In this document: piece after piece, positions 35,585-48,556 of the stretch | Numbering within the stretch: position 1 is the first letter of the stretch | Layout of the letters: every line of letters starts with the position of its first letter | Source: Macrostomum lignano | Taxonomy: Eukaryota | DNA length: 64,000 bases | Direction: 5' to 3' | NCBI GenBank assembly: GCA_002269645.1 | Contig: NIVC01000868.1 | Location: 186,001-250,000, forward strand | Notes under the pieces: generated by a model | What the model was told of the DNA's origin: nothing | Seen by the model: only the letters and a program-made list of their open reading frames with translations | Database searches by the model: none | Position numbers and translations under genes: made by a program

Positions 35585-38500
35585 TCATCGCTCACCGTGT
35601 CCCAGCTGCCGCAGCGTGCGGCGCCTTCGAAACCGGCAGGTGAGAATTTTCCAGAAAGTGCGTCGAAAATTTACGTTGCACAGCGCGTAGCAGACCGGGT
35701 TCATGGTAGAGTTCAGGTAACAGAGCCAGTAGCCTGCGGGTACAGGGGTTCATGGTAGAGTTCAGGTAGCAGAGCCAGTAGCCTGCGGGTACAGGGGTTC
35801 ATGGTAGAGTTCAGGTAGCAGAGCCAGTAGCCTGCGGGTACAGGGGTTCATGGTAGAGTTCAGGTAGCAGAGCCAGTAGCCTGCGGGTGCAGGGATTCAG
35901 GGTTCATGGTAGAGTTCAGGTAGCAGAGCCAGTAAGTTTCGTTCATCCTATTGGGTCAAGGAAAGAGTTGATTAAAATGCAGTTCTATTGAAATTCTGTT
36001 GAAATGAATGCGAAGAATAGCTTTAATCTTAAAAATCGCCCTCTATATTGAGACGGAGTTCTCAGGCTGAGCAGCAGCCTCAAGGAACTTCTTGATCGGC
36101 AGGCCGGGGCCAGCCTGAGTTTCTCTCCATATTTTTATCGATTGCCGCCGTTTCCTGCTTGAATTCATTCGCAATTCCCCCTGCCCGCGCGGCCCCGAGA
36201 CCATTGAATTGCAGCCATGATGAACGGCTCAGAAATTTGCATTATTATGGCAGATAATTGACGGAGATAAGAAATACCTGATTAATCAGGGTGAGTGGGC
36301 GCCCCTCTCATTCCTACCCCCCCCCGCTATCTCGCCTGGTCCGCCTGCAGAATCTCCTCAAACTTTTCCGAGGCCTGGCGTAGCGGAAAATTTGATAAAT
36401 TTATGGAGGTCCCAGCGTCAGAAGCAGCTTAAAGAGGCCGAACCTCCTGCCAGTGGCCATATAGTCCGAGCAGTGACCCGGGGAAAAATCCAAAGTCCAA
36501 AGCCGAACAAAACTTTAATAGCCATTTAGATTGTTATTAATCTTCCTTATTTTAACATTTTCCTTTGGTTTGGCCATAGACAATTGACGCGGGTTGACTA
36601 TTTGGCACGAATTCAAACCACAACGTGACGCGTAGGCAAGGATTTAATTAAACCCGGAAAAATTATCGCGAATCAAACTGCAATGTTGCCTAAAAACCCT
36701 CTATTGCTAGTCTGAACTTCGGGCGCTGGCAAACCCAATTTGTCTGGCTTTCCCTCTGCATTCCATGGTTAGGTTTAGATGCTTCTCTGTTCTGGGGCTT
36801 GATTGCACTTGCCATTCTCTGGCTGTACGATAAGTGAAGCCTAAGGGAGATGAGGGTTGAGGGCCAGAGCTGGCGAGGCCCAGGACCACTGTGTGAGGCA
36901 TTGCAGGTGTTGCCCTTCCCGCCGAAGACGCAGCTGTGACTCCGCACTGCCGAGCCGCATCTGTCACCCCGTGAGTTCATCGCGCCATTCCCGCTGCTCC
37001 CCTCGGCCCAGCCCGCCCACACTTCAAGCAACTCGGAGCAACAAAGCTAGCAGGCAGGCAATCTTGCGGAGGTCATCTTGAGGGGCATTTTGAGTGCTAC
37101 TCCTGGCATCTGATTGAGCAGCTCTTCGTAAGGGAATTGCTTTGAGCAGACCTCTGCTTTCCTCTCAGAATTCGTCGACCCAAGCACCCTCTCCGGAGTC
37201 TCACCGAAGTTGTAGAGAGTGTGCGGAATCAGCGGGCGGTAGAGCTCGTCGGGGCAGTGCGCGCGGTACACCGCCCGGATCAGGGTGAAAACGCTGTAGG
37301 GAATCCACGTGATGATGAACACCAGCAGAATGGCGCTCAGTGTCTTCGCCGCCTTCTGCTCATTCTTGGACTCCTTCTTGCTGTGCTTCTGAACTTCAGA
37401 GACTCGTCTTTGGTTGCTGCGATTTGGCTGCTGTTGGCCGGCTCTCCGCAGACTCGAGCCCTCCCCGATGCTATCGATGCCGCTGTCAGCCGTGGCGTTT
37501 GACTTGGCGCTGTCGAATCGGCCCGCGGATGCCGCCGCGGCTGGCTGGTGCAGCTGCGACTGCGCCGGCTGCTTGAGAAACTGCGGCTCCGCGGCTGCGT
37601 CCGAGAAGCGCTTGGAGCGCAGCTGCACGCGGCCGCGACCGCTGGCGTCCGGCAGCCGGATCCACACGATGTAGCTGGGCTGGTCCTCCGGCAGCTCGGA
37701 GACCAGGTCGTCGGGCAAGGCGTCTGCGAAGTTTTGTAGAGGCAGGGGTGCATTTTGAGGGAAGCGCCTTTCTGGAACATCGTGCAATTCGTGAAACCGC
37801 CCCGAGCAAGCCCCACCGCGGTGGCTCTGATCCGATCCAGGCTGAGTTTTTCCGAGGGCTTCTCATCATTTCCCACCAGCCGCTACCGAGAGACACGAAA
37901 GCTCTCCCCCAATGAAATTCACCTGGCCCGAGCCTCTGCTTAGCGCGGTCTGCTTGCACACGGTTAATAATTCATAATTCTTCTCAGCGACCCCGTCTGC
38001 ACCGCTCTGTCCACTTTGCCTCTTTGTGTTGGCGGGGCGCACCGTCCTACAGCAGCAATCTTCTTCCGCTGATACACAGTACTTCTCACCTGCGCCTGCT
38101 CCGCACACCCTGGCTTGAGGCGGTGAATTCTTGCTTTTTCAAGCTGATTTGCGCTCGTAAATCAAAAATGACTTCTATGAGCGTATTTCTATAATAATTG
38201 CATCGTCCACTTGCCATCAGGCGTGTGTCCTGACATGTGGTAGTTCCATCAGTCAGACTCGAGACCTGTGGCTACAACTCTTCACTAAAGACGGCGCGTT
38301 GCTTAAATGGAAGCACTCTTTCCCCTGTAGTCAATCCTCAAGGAGGCTTAATGCAAGCGCTACGAATCTGCAAACGATTTTTTGTCGCCAGAATTTAATT
38401 CTGAGGCTTAGCGCCCAAGTGGTCACAAATAAACCTGCCAGCCCAGTCTGCGAACACAGACTGATGCAAGAAGGCGAGGACCTCAAGTCATGAAGACCTC

Positions 38501-40548
38501 AGCAATTCTGGCCTAGGCAGTCAATCAGCCAGTCTGGCAGCCGCTCTCTCAGCCAGTCGCTCGCCTACTCGCGCATGCGCAGGCAGACGCACAAGAATAC
38601 CACTTGACTGGCTTTTGGCAAACTCTCTCAGTGGCTGAGCCAGCAGAGACGGGCCGGGGGCGGGGCGGCCCTGCAGTCAGTCAGGCGGGGCGGTCGGACC
38701 CAGCCTTTCACACCTACCCGCTTCTCCGGTACGTTGGGGATAGAAGAGGCAGTGTCGAATGAATGCCCCGGGAGGGGGCCCCGTCAATGCTGCAGGAAGG
38801 GAGCTGCAGTTGCTCAGTGTCGCAATTCACACCTGCCCGCTTCGCGCGCGCCCTCGTGCCTGTCTTAGGAGGCAACACGCATCGATTAGCGGGGATTCTT
38901 TTGGACCAATGGGGAAGTGTAGCTGACAAAAGTCCAGCCTGCAGAATCTTCCACCATAGCAGCAGCAGTTTCGCAGCTGCCTATTGCGAAACAAATAGCC
39001 GGAGCTTCACCAAATTTGGATGGCAGCTCAAGAGAGAAGCGCAAGTTGATGAGGCGCTGAGCGACTGTTGATGCGCAATCCGACACAGGAGGCGGGCTTG
39101 AGGCTTAAAAATTAAGAGGGACGCAGTAGGCATCGGACGGATTAAGCAGGCACTATCGCAACCAGGAAGGAATAAACGCATCAGCTGTAATTTCAAAGGG
39201 AGAATTCCCTTTTCAATTCCCTAAGTTTTATTCTGGGGCATCTCGTCGACCAGTCGCGTGACCGTGGGACTTTTCGCGGTGAAATGGCACTGGTTGACAC
39301 TCGGTTGACACTGCGTTTGCAAACCTTTTTAATCTCCTCCCACGCACAACAATTCCAAAAGTGAAAACATTGTGTATTGGCGAAATTTTGCTGATAGTTT
39401 GTATGCAAGGGTATTTCAGTCGAACCTAAAAGTGGTAACTCGAAGTGGTATCAAAAATCTGATCTCAACTCACTCAAATCATCCGTGGCAGTCGACGGAG
39501 CCAGCGATGATTCGGCGGGCCTGCCGCGCCTGCCGGCCTGGTAGTTGGCCCGGAAGTAGGAGCTGGAGCGGGGAAAGTGCCGCGTCAGCACAGGCCGATC
39601 CTCCCTCAGCGTCAGGCTGCCGTCCCGCTTCAGCAGGTGGCCGTCGCGACCAAGCGAGTCTGATTCGCCTTCGTCCTCCCCGGCGACTCCGTTCTCGTCG
39701 TCCTTGTCAACAATGCGACCGAGGCAGCTGTGCAGGTCGCGTCTGCGGTGGCGACCCCGGCGTCGGCCTCGACGGACGGAGGAGCCCGGTGACTCGATGC
39801 TGCCGGCACCGCTGCGGCTGCTACCGCCGGCCTGGAGGTTCTTCAACTCGCGTTGTCGCCGCTTTGTCTCCTGGAAGATGCGCACGTACAGCACGGTCAT
39901 GACGGTGACGGGCAGGAAGAACGCCATGATCGAGGTGAAGAAGGTCAGGTAAGGATTGTCGTTGATGAACTCCACCTGGCAGACAGTGGCCAGTCGGTCG
40001 GTTTTGGTGACGGAGGAGAGCACAATCAGAGGGCTCCAGAGCACGATAGACACGGCCCAGGCGCAGGCGATCATGATCAGCGCTCGGCGGGGCGTCCGGT
40101 GCGCGCGGTAGACCAGCGGGCTGGTGACGGAGCGGTAGCGGTCGATGGAGATGATGAGCAGGCTGGCCACGGAGGCGTTGCACATGGTGTAGTCAAAGCA
40201 GAGGTACAGGTTGCAGGCCACAACACCGAAGGGCCAGTAGTTGACGAGCAGGTACACCGTGTACGTTGGCATGGAAACAAAGCCGATGAGCAGATCCGCC
40301 ACCGCCAGCGACATGAGGAAGTAGTTGCTGACGGAGCGCAGCTGCGGGTCGATGCGGAAGGAAACGAGGACCAGCAGGTTGCCGAAGCCGGTGACGGCGC
40401 TGGCCGCGGCAGCCAGGATTGCGTAGAGGACAATCTCGTACACGGACAGGGACTCCGCATCCGCTGTGGCGTTGGCCGACCAGAGCGACAGCGAGCGGTT
40501 GAGCAGAGGCTGCGGGGACAGCGGCGGCTCCTTCGGCATGCAGGCCAT
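35585..40548 (-). CDS. mAChR: Muscarinic acetylcholine receptor (class A GPCR); exons 40548-39474, 37723-37205, 35733-35585
   Basis: TM1 GNLLVLVSF; TM2 [10 protein letters not shown]; TM3 [22 protein letters not shown] (Asp3.32, Tyr3.33); TM4 LWSP; TM5 [11 protein letters not shown]; long ICL3; TM6 [23 protein letters not shown]; TM7 [20 protein letters not shown]. Both introns are phase 1 with GTGAG/CAG ends. The start could instead be the in-frame ATG at 40671. Confidence 0.93.
35698..35934 (-). repeat. 49-bp repeat (4 full + 1 partial) made of the acceptor site and the first codons of the receptor TM7 exon
   Basis: Minus-strand unit CCTGTACCCGCAG|GCTACTGGCTCTGCTACCTGAACTCTACCATGAACC. Acceptors at 35880, 35831, 35782 and 35733. 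Confidence 0.93.
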
Positions 40549-41369
40549 GCTGATGTGGCGATGATGGGAGGCTGGGATCCTGAGACACGATTCGGCTGAG
40601 CTTCTCCCGATTGATGCGCGGCCGAATTTTCCAAATGAAAGGGACAAGAGAACGAGTGGGTTAGGGGGCATCCAATGGCCTGGCGGATGTCGCTGATTGG
40701 CTGGGAGGCTCTGAATGGGTCTGGCAAGATAACGAATGCCTTTGTCGTCCTTTCAAGTCATCCCTCCTGAAAGGTAGACAGACTTTGGACGTCTCTACAT
40801 CTCATTGAAGACTGGAGATTAAAATCAAACGTCTTTTATCTTAGTAGATGATATTCCCATTCAGCCAACCTCGATCGCAGATTTAGAGTTTCGAGCTTAT
40901 GAGCCTAATCCCCAAGCCAGTAAGCAGGGAGATGAAGTGACATCAACTGGCCTACGAAAATGACTGACGGGATTTATGACACATCAGCACAGGAACTGAT
41001 ATGAAAGTTGAGAATATTTTTATTGAGGCCTGTTTCCAGGCAGACTGTCAATGATGGAGAGACAGTGAATTCAGACTGCCAATTAGGCCTGAATAGCATG
41101 GGGTGCAGGTAAGGAGCTGATGGCAGCTGGCAAGCCAGGAAAATTCTAGAGACAATAGCGAGCTGAGTTCCTGGCGCTGAGGATTTTGCTGTTGGGTTGA
41201 TTTTACATGGCTAATATAGCACCTGCGCAATATGAGCCACCTGTCTGTTTGCCTTGCCTTCTCGAGCCAGCACTGCAACAGTGCCTGTTACAGCTCTCCT
41301 GAATTTGGCATGACAGAAAGCCAACAGTGTCTGCAAAGGGAACTGGGGCTACATGTAATTCCCATCGGC

Positions 41370-42138
41370 TGCCTACTGCTACTGTGCAGTGCACACACAA
41401 GACAGTCACTGATTGCCTACTGCTACTGTGCAGTGCACACACAAGACAGTCACTGAATGCATACTTTGCAGTGCACACACAAGACAGTCACTGAATGCAT
41501 ACTGTGCAGTGCACACACAAGACAGTCACTGATTGCATACTGCTACTGTGCAGTGCACACACAAGACAGTCACTGATTGCCTACTGTGCAGTGCACACAC
41601 AAGACAGTCACTGAATGCATACTGCTACTGTGCAGTGCACACACAAGACAGTCACTGATTGCATACTGTGCAGTGCACACACAAGACAGTCACTGATTGC
41701 ATACTGTGCAGTGCGCACACAAGACAGTCACTGAATGCATACTGTGCAGTGCACACACAAGACAGTCACTGAATGCATACTGTGCAGTGCACACACAAGA
41801 CAGTCACTGAATGCATACTGTGCAGTGCACACACAAGACAGTCACTGATTGCCTACTGCTACTGTGCAGTGCACACACACGACAGTCACTGATTGCATAC
41901 TGTGCAGTGCACACACAAGACAGTCACTGAATGCATACTGTGCAGTGCACACACAAGACAGTCACTGAATGCATACTGTGCAGTGCACACACAAGACAGT
42001 CACTGATTGCCTACTGCTACTGTGCAGTGCACACACACGACAGTCACTGATTGCATACTGTGCAGTGCACACACAAGACAGTCACTGATTGCCTACTGCT
42101 ACTGTGCAGTGCACACACAAGACAGTCACTGATTGCAT
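41370..42138. repeat. 38/44-bp minisatellite (GCATACTGTGCAGTGCACACACAAGACAGTCACTGAAT), about 19 copies
   Basis: Tandem repetition with a 6-bp indel variant. Confidence 0.94.
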
Positions 42139-42364
42139 AATTGAGGGTTGGAAGTATTTTAAAGCCTAATTCCAAGGTACTCACGCAATTGTCCGGCAAG
42201 ATGCTGTCCTCCAGGCAAGTGCACCTCCGGAAGCCAATCACCATCAGAAAGCTGACAGATTTCGTGACAGGTGGCTTAACTAACAAAGATAAGGCAGCCC
42301 CCTACAGACAAGCTGGTCACATATGTGAGTCGTAGTGATCTGTTCAAGCTGCAGCTTAGCAGCT

Positions 42365-43109
42365 CTGACTCGGTGCCAGGTATCTCTGCTGATCATGTGG
42401 CAATAGCATGGTAGCTCTGACTCGGTGCCAGGTATCTCTGCTGATCATGTGGCAATAGCATGGTAGCTCTGACTCGGTGCCAGGTATCTCTGCTGATCAT
42501 GTGGCAATAGCATGGTAGCTCTGACTCGGTGCCAGGTATCTCTGCTGATCATGTGGCAATAGCATGGTAGCTCTGACTCGGTGCCAGGTATCTCTGCTGA
42601 TCATGTGGCCTCGGTGCCAAGTATCTAGCTGCTGATCATGTGACCTCGGTGCCAGGTATCTCTGCTGATCATGTGACCTCGGTGCCAAGTATCTCTGCTG
42701 ATCATGTGACCTCGGTGCCAGGTATCTCTGCTGATCATGTGGCCTCGGTGCCAAGTATCTCTGCTGATCATGTGGCCTCGGTGCCAAGTATCTCTGCTGA
42801 TCATGTGGCCTCGGTGCCAAGTACTCGTATCTAGCTGCTGATCATGCGACCTCGGTGCCAGGTATCTCTGCTGATCATGTGGCCTCGGTGCCAAGTACTC
42901 GTATCTAGCTGCTGATCATGTGACCTCGGTGCCAGGTATCTCTGCTGATCATGTGGCCTCGGTGCCAAGTACTCGTATCTAGCTGCTGATCATGTGACCT
43001 CGGTGCCAGGTATCTCTGCTGATCATGTGGCCTCGGTGCCAGGTATCTCTGCTGATCATGTGGCCTCGGTGCCAGGTATCTCTGCTGATCATGTGGCCTC
43101 GGTGCCAGG
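42365..43109. repeat. Compound minisatellite: 52-bp units followed by related 33-bp units (CTCGGTGCCAGGTATCTCTGCTGATCATGTGGC)
   Basis: Periods 52 then 33 with a shared core. Confidence 0.93.
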
Positions 43110-44409
43110 TATATGTGGCAATAGCACGGCAGCTGTATTTGGGTTGCAATGACAATGCAGGTGCAAAGTCAGCACTGTTGAGATGCGCCTGTACAAATTT
43201 GGCTAACGCTCTCTTTAGCATGGAAAGTGAGGCAAGTGAGGATAGTTTGTGCTTTATATAGCAGAATATTTATTTTCCAAAGTCTTCGGTAGATTTGAAC
43301 CTTGCCTTTTTCTCTGCCGCGACTTTCAAGAATGCCTCTGCTGAACATAAATGCAGTCAGCACATCACATGAAGACATCAAATGTACGCATAGTGGTTAG
43401 TGAGGTACAGGCTCTCGCACAGCAGCTGTTTGACTTTGCCGCTTGCCAAATTCGCAAAACTGATAATTTACTCTTTGACGGGGTGGACAGCACCCGAAAC
43501 GAGCTGAAAAATCTTAAGCTGACGGCACGTTTAAAGTTTAGATCCACAAAATTGCATCTAAAAATCGGAATATTTTTATTCCAAAATAACTCGACCGGAA
43601 CTGGGGACTTAGCTCTATTTTTTAAAAGCGTGCCAAGACCATCGTGAGTTTTTCGCAGCTCAACGCAGCTAATGGAGCGAGACCCGCGTGTCTGTCAATG
43701 TTAAACAGCTGCCAAAAACACGAGCGGCCCTGACATGCTCGCATGTTTGAGCTTGAGTGCGTTTTCGATGAATTTGCGTCTCGCAAGCTGACGCAAAGCT
43801 GGTTCATTTTTTAGATAGGAAGATAAGAAAGCGTTCAGTTGGCAAACAGCCGTCTCTTATGCGCGTCACTTGCTACTGCAGCAGTAAGACTATGCAAATG
43901 CGGATAGAATTTACTTAAAGAGATGGATTTTTTCATATGAATATTTTTGAATAGCAAGTTTTGCCAAACAAGAATTGCACGAATGAAGTTGTTAATCCAC
44001 AAATTTGCCAAAGTTTTTGGCGGTTAAATTACAAGTAACATTATAACATTTGTGGACAGAAAATGAAAAGCAGCCCGCTGGCTCAATATAGTTGCAGGGT
44101 CTGTGCTCACTGATTACACGTTCAGATGGCGCAGATAATGCCCCGGAAGCGGCTGCTCCGATTGACAGACTGCAAACATCAGCATCTGTTGCAGTTTCGT
44201 CCTGGATGGAGACTTCATGGCTGAAGTAAATCATGGCTGCTCAAACAGTAGACTAAAAATTGCTGCATTGAGTCTGAGATTGAGCTCAAATAGATTTATC
44301 GCGGAAAAACGCATTTTATTTAGACAAAAATTGTTCAATCTAAGTTCTGCTTTTTGCTTGTGCGAAAGTAGAAGAGGGTGGCGGTGCGGCTGCGTTAAAC
44401 GTCCAAAGC

Positions 44410-44897
44410 TTGCACCAAAGCTGCTGGATTCGATTCCAGAGTGCGGTTACACATCCAAAGCTTGCATCAAAGCTATTGGACTCGATTCCAGAGTGCGGTT
44501 ACACATCCAAATCTTGCACCAAAGCTGTCGGATTCGATTCCAGAGTGCGGTTACACATCCAAAGCTTGCACCAAAGCTGCTGGATTCGATTCCAGAGTGC
44601 GGTTACACATCCAAAGCTTGCACCAAAGCTGTCGGATTCGATTCCAGAGTGCGGTTTCACATCTAAAGCTTGCACCAAAGCTGCTGGATTCGATTCCAGA
44701 GTGCGGTTTCACATCAAAAGCTTGCATCAAAGCTGTTGGACTCGATTCCAGAGTGCGGTTTCACATCCAAAGCTTGCACCAAAGCTATTGGATTCGATTC
44801 CAGTGTGCGGTTTCACATCCAAAGCTTGCACCATTGGATTCGATTCCAGAGTGCGGTTACACATCCAAAGCTTGCATCAAAGCTGTCGGATTCGATC
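44410..44897. repeat. 52-bp minisatellite (TGCACCAAAGCTGCTGGATTCGATTCCAGAGTGCGGTTACACATCCAAAGCT), about 9.5 copies
   Basis: Period 52 seen directly. Confidence 0.93.
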
Positions 44898-45750
44898 CCA
44901 TATAAACTTGCGGGTCATGCTCGGGATGCTGGCTTAGGACTTGTGTGACTTACGCCAATGAGGAGCTGGTAGAAAAAATATGCAGCTGTGCACAGCGCTG
45001 TGAGTGCGTCGGAGCGGGTCTGCAGAATTGCTTGTGCGTCACTACCTACTTAAAAGTGTTTAACTACCTACTTATTAAGTGTCTTAACTGTTTAAGCGAT
45101 GAAAAGTATTCAGTGAAACCCGCGCATTGACTGCCCAATCGATGCTGAATCGATTCCCAGACTCCGTATTTACAGAGACTGCAAAGCAGCCGGTCGTCGC
45201 GGTTTTGAGAGAAAGCAGCTCAGAAATAATTAAACAGTGGGTTGCTGCTTAAGAAATTAAGCTGAATCAAATCGAAAATATCGTAAAGCCTCCTAGGGAC
45301 CTTGTTAATTATGCAACACGCTCGTAAATGCGCAGGGATGCAGAGCTCGGTGTTTTTCAAAAACAGTTTTTAGCATGAGAGTTTGAGACTTTCCAGATTT
45401 CTGCTGCTGAATTGATTCGTTTTGTAACCATTCAGTAGCGCTCGCACCCTATGCATTCTAGGGGGCTCTTGAAGGTTTAATTGGGCACTTGAAAATTCAT
45501 TGTGTACCACTTTTACTGAGAATGGCCACGCAATAAGACTGACTGACGGTTTCTTGAAAACTTTCACCTTGTCAATATAAAACTCAAGGCGAATGCAGCA
45601 CAGATTCTTCCCGGGATTTCTACCCTCGAACCATGAGTCGGCAGTTTCCCACGCCAGGGTGAGCAAACATTTCCACGTGTTGCCATTGGAAACGGCTCTC
45701 AGGGAGATAAAAGGCTGCACTGTCCGCTGTGCAGAACCTAGCAGCTCGAG

Positions 45751-47419
45751 ATGCTCCTCTTGCCACTGCCGCTTCACTGCCTCTTCTTCTTCGCGGCCGC
45801 CTCGGCCGGCCCGACACCCACGGCTGTCTGGCAGTTCGCCCAGCGACCGCGGCTCTGTCGGTACCCGCCAAAGGCGGCTGCGGACGCTGCTGCCCCAGCA
45901 CGGCCGACCTGCTGGCCTGCTCGCGCAAGTGCGCGGCCAAGGCCCGCTGCGCTGTCTTCCAGCTGCGCCAGGCCGGCGCCAACCTCACCAGCGGCCAAGT
46001 CAAGTGCGCGCTCGGCACCGCCTGCGACTTGGACGTTGAGTGGCGCGAGTTCCCTCCAGCCGCTGCCGACTGCCTGACCTTCGTCAGCGAAGCCCGTCTG
46101 CGTGAAGCCGCCTGCGGCAGGTCCTCCGGAGAGCCTGAGCCGCCGCGCCCAACTGACGGCTCCGTTTTGTTTGACGAGCGAGGTGAGGCTGCGTTCAGAA
46201 GCTCAGCGCTGCACTTTTAGGGCAGGATAACTTTTTAGGGGATTTTGTTCAGCCCGGGGCAGAAATTCTTTGAGAACTCAATGAAGTGCAAATTTAGGTT
46301 AGACCTTCAGTCAAGAATGCAAGTAAGTCTCGCGTACGACCCAGACTGATGCTGAATGAACAAGCCAAGCTCTTGAATGCTCTATACTTAAATCTTGTCC
46401 CTGCATTATCCTTTGGAATAATTATTGCTACTCGTCTAGACATGAAAATAGGCTTGATGTTTAAATTATACCGGTACTAAAGGTTCGCATCTAGTAATAA
46501 AACTATTGGCTGAATCTAGAACCATGGCAACCTTCACAGCCCCCTGGTGTCCAGAACCGGCGCTGCGAAGCTGCACCGTCTGCCCCCAGACTTGGGCCAC
46601 CTCTGCTGCCGAATCTCCGCCTGGGGCGGCAGCGGCGGCCGCAGCGGCTTCGGCTTTCCCGGCGGCCGCGGCGCCTTTATTTCGGGCTGCTTCGAACTCA
46701 ACGCCGGGGCCAACATCAGCATTGTCGTGGGCAGCGGCGGAGCAGACGCGGCTTCCGATGGCCTCGGCGGGGGCGGAGGCGGAGGCGGAAGCTTCGTCAT
46801 GGAGCAGGGCCCGCTTGAGACCAGCCAGTTGCTGTTGGCTGCCGGAGGCGGCGGCGGCTGCGGCGGAGCAAGTGCCTCTGGGAGTCCATCAGCTGGTGTC
46901 GGTGGGACCGACTCCCGCAACGGAACCGCCGCCGCCGAAGCAACTGGCGCTGCCCGAGGTGATGGCGGCATCGATGGCGCAGGAGCTCCGGCGCCGCCTC
47001 CCAGCGGAATTTCCAGGGGCGGTCGGGGCGGCGGCGGCGCCGGCTGCCTCTCCAAAGGCTGGCACGGCGGCGACACGTCTAGCGGTGGCGACGGCGGCGA
47101 AGGCGGCACCATTGGCAGCGACTGGCTCGGCGGCGCCGGCGGCGGCGCCGGCAGCAGTTTCGGTGGATTCGGCGGCTTCGGCGGCGGGGGCGGAGGCGGG
47201 GGGAGCGGCCCCAGTGTCCCGGCGGGAGGCGGTGGTGGAGGCGGCGGCTACTCGGGCGGCGGAGTCGGCGGAGATTCCGCGCTGGGTGGCGGCGGCGGAG
47301 GCAGCTACGCTTCGGCGGAGGCCAAGAACGTCGTGAGCGCCGATTCAAATAACACGGAGGCGAGCGGCCGGGTCCGGGTCGAGCTGGTTGGCTCGGCCAG
47401 TGGCGGCTGTTGCATCTGA
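45751..47419 (+). CDS. Secreted protein: signal peptide + PAN/Apple-like domain + ALK/LTK-type glycine-rich domain; 2 exons (45751-46182, 46540-47419); two apparent 1-bp deletions
   Basis: Signal peptide MLLLPLPLHCLFFFAAASA. PAN-like LLACSRKCAAKARCAVFQL...KCALG. Glycine-rich-domain signature CRISAWGGSGG...GGRGAFISGCFELNAGANISIVVGSGG...GGGGGGGSFV...LLLAAGGGGG...GGGGGYSGGG...GGGGGSY...GRVRVELV. The frame is restored by +1 C at 45893-45896 and at 46540-46544. No TM segment or kinase follows. Confidence 0.72.
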
Positions 47420-48556
47420 GAGAAGCTTCTCCTCCAGCTTTAAAAATGAACATCAAAACTTAGTTAACCTGAAAAAATTAACGCTTTATTGACAAAAGTT
47501 TTCTGACCTTGCAATTCAGTGCCTCGCTGTGGCCGCTGCTCTCAAAACATCTGAACCGTTGAACAGGTGGAAATATCCGTGAAATTTGATTCTTTATGTC
47601 ATTATACTAATTACTATTAACGAAACGTCTAAACAAGAAAAATGGATAAAGATGCCAAGCCCTTGTGATCGCATACATTTAGTGAGCAACTTGTCCCGAA
47701 GGGAGTTTTCTTGTGTGAAATATTTTAGTGATTGACGCAGTTCCGTCTCACCGAGAAACTGGTTTAGAGTCGTATTTTCAGCATTAGCAGCTGATAATCT
47801 GTAAGCAAACAGAAAAGTATTGAATACTTTCAAGTCCAGGGCTTGCAACTCTAAAGGCGTTGTTACCCCTTGTCAGCCTTAGTTTAGCAGCTGATTGGCG
47901 CCGAGTCTTCAGTAAGTCGGGCGGGCTCCAGCAGGTGAGGCTGTGAAGAGAGATCATAGCAGTAGATAACACAGTTCACGTAGTGAAGGCAAAATCATCT
48001 TCAAAGTCTCCAAAAATAGAGCCCATTATAAAAAAAACTAACAAAACCAGCAAGTCAGAAGGAAGTCAGCACCTTTTACCAGAAGTTTTTAGCCTTTTTA
48101 GTCTATCGTTTTTTATATACCTACCATCTATTTGCAGACGTTAATTCAGTGAAGTTATTCATGTAGGATATATGAGCACTGTGAAAAGGATTATTGGGAC
48201 CCAGATTCCTAAATTGGTTGCTCCATAGACCCCCTTTTGGGCCATAGACAATGAAAAACAAGTCTTCAATGGCTTGATTCTCCCAATAAGGATTAAATTG
48301 CTTGCTTCTAGGCTCAATTACTGCAATATCACAACCCCGCCTGCCATTGTGCAGAAACTCTGATGAAAATTCCCAGGCTGTTAGGATTTCACGAGCGTAT
48401 CTTGTTTCAAAAGTGGCTGAAGTGATCCCCAATTGATTTTTTGTTGAAGTTCAGTTGAGTTTTACGTATTCGGTAACTCTTAAAAAACGTATTTTTTTAA
48501 ACCGAACGAGTTACGGGCTGCATTTCGGGTGGTCTCGCTTTTCACATCTCCAGGGC

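Noticed and set aside
45370-45777. 135-aa minus-strand ORF
   Set aside because: It overlaps the start of the better-supported plus-strand PAN-GRD gene and has no recognisable motif.
47594-48432. AT-rich minus-strand ORFs downstream of the cGLR
   Set aside because: Could be further exons or remnants, but have no motif or clear splice link.
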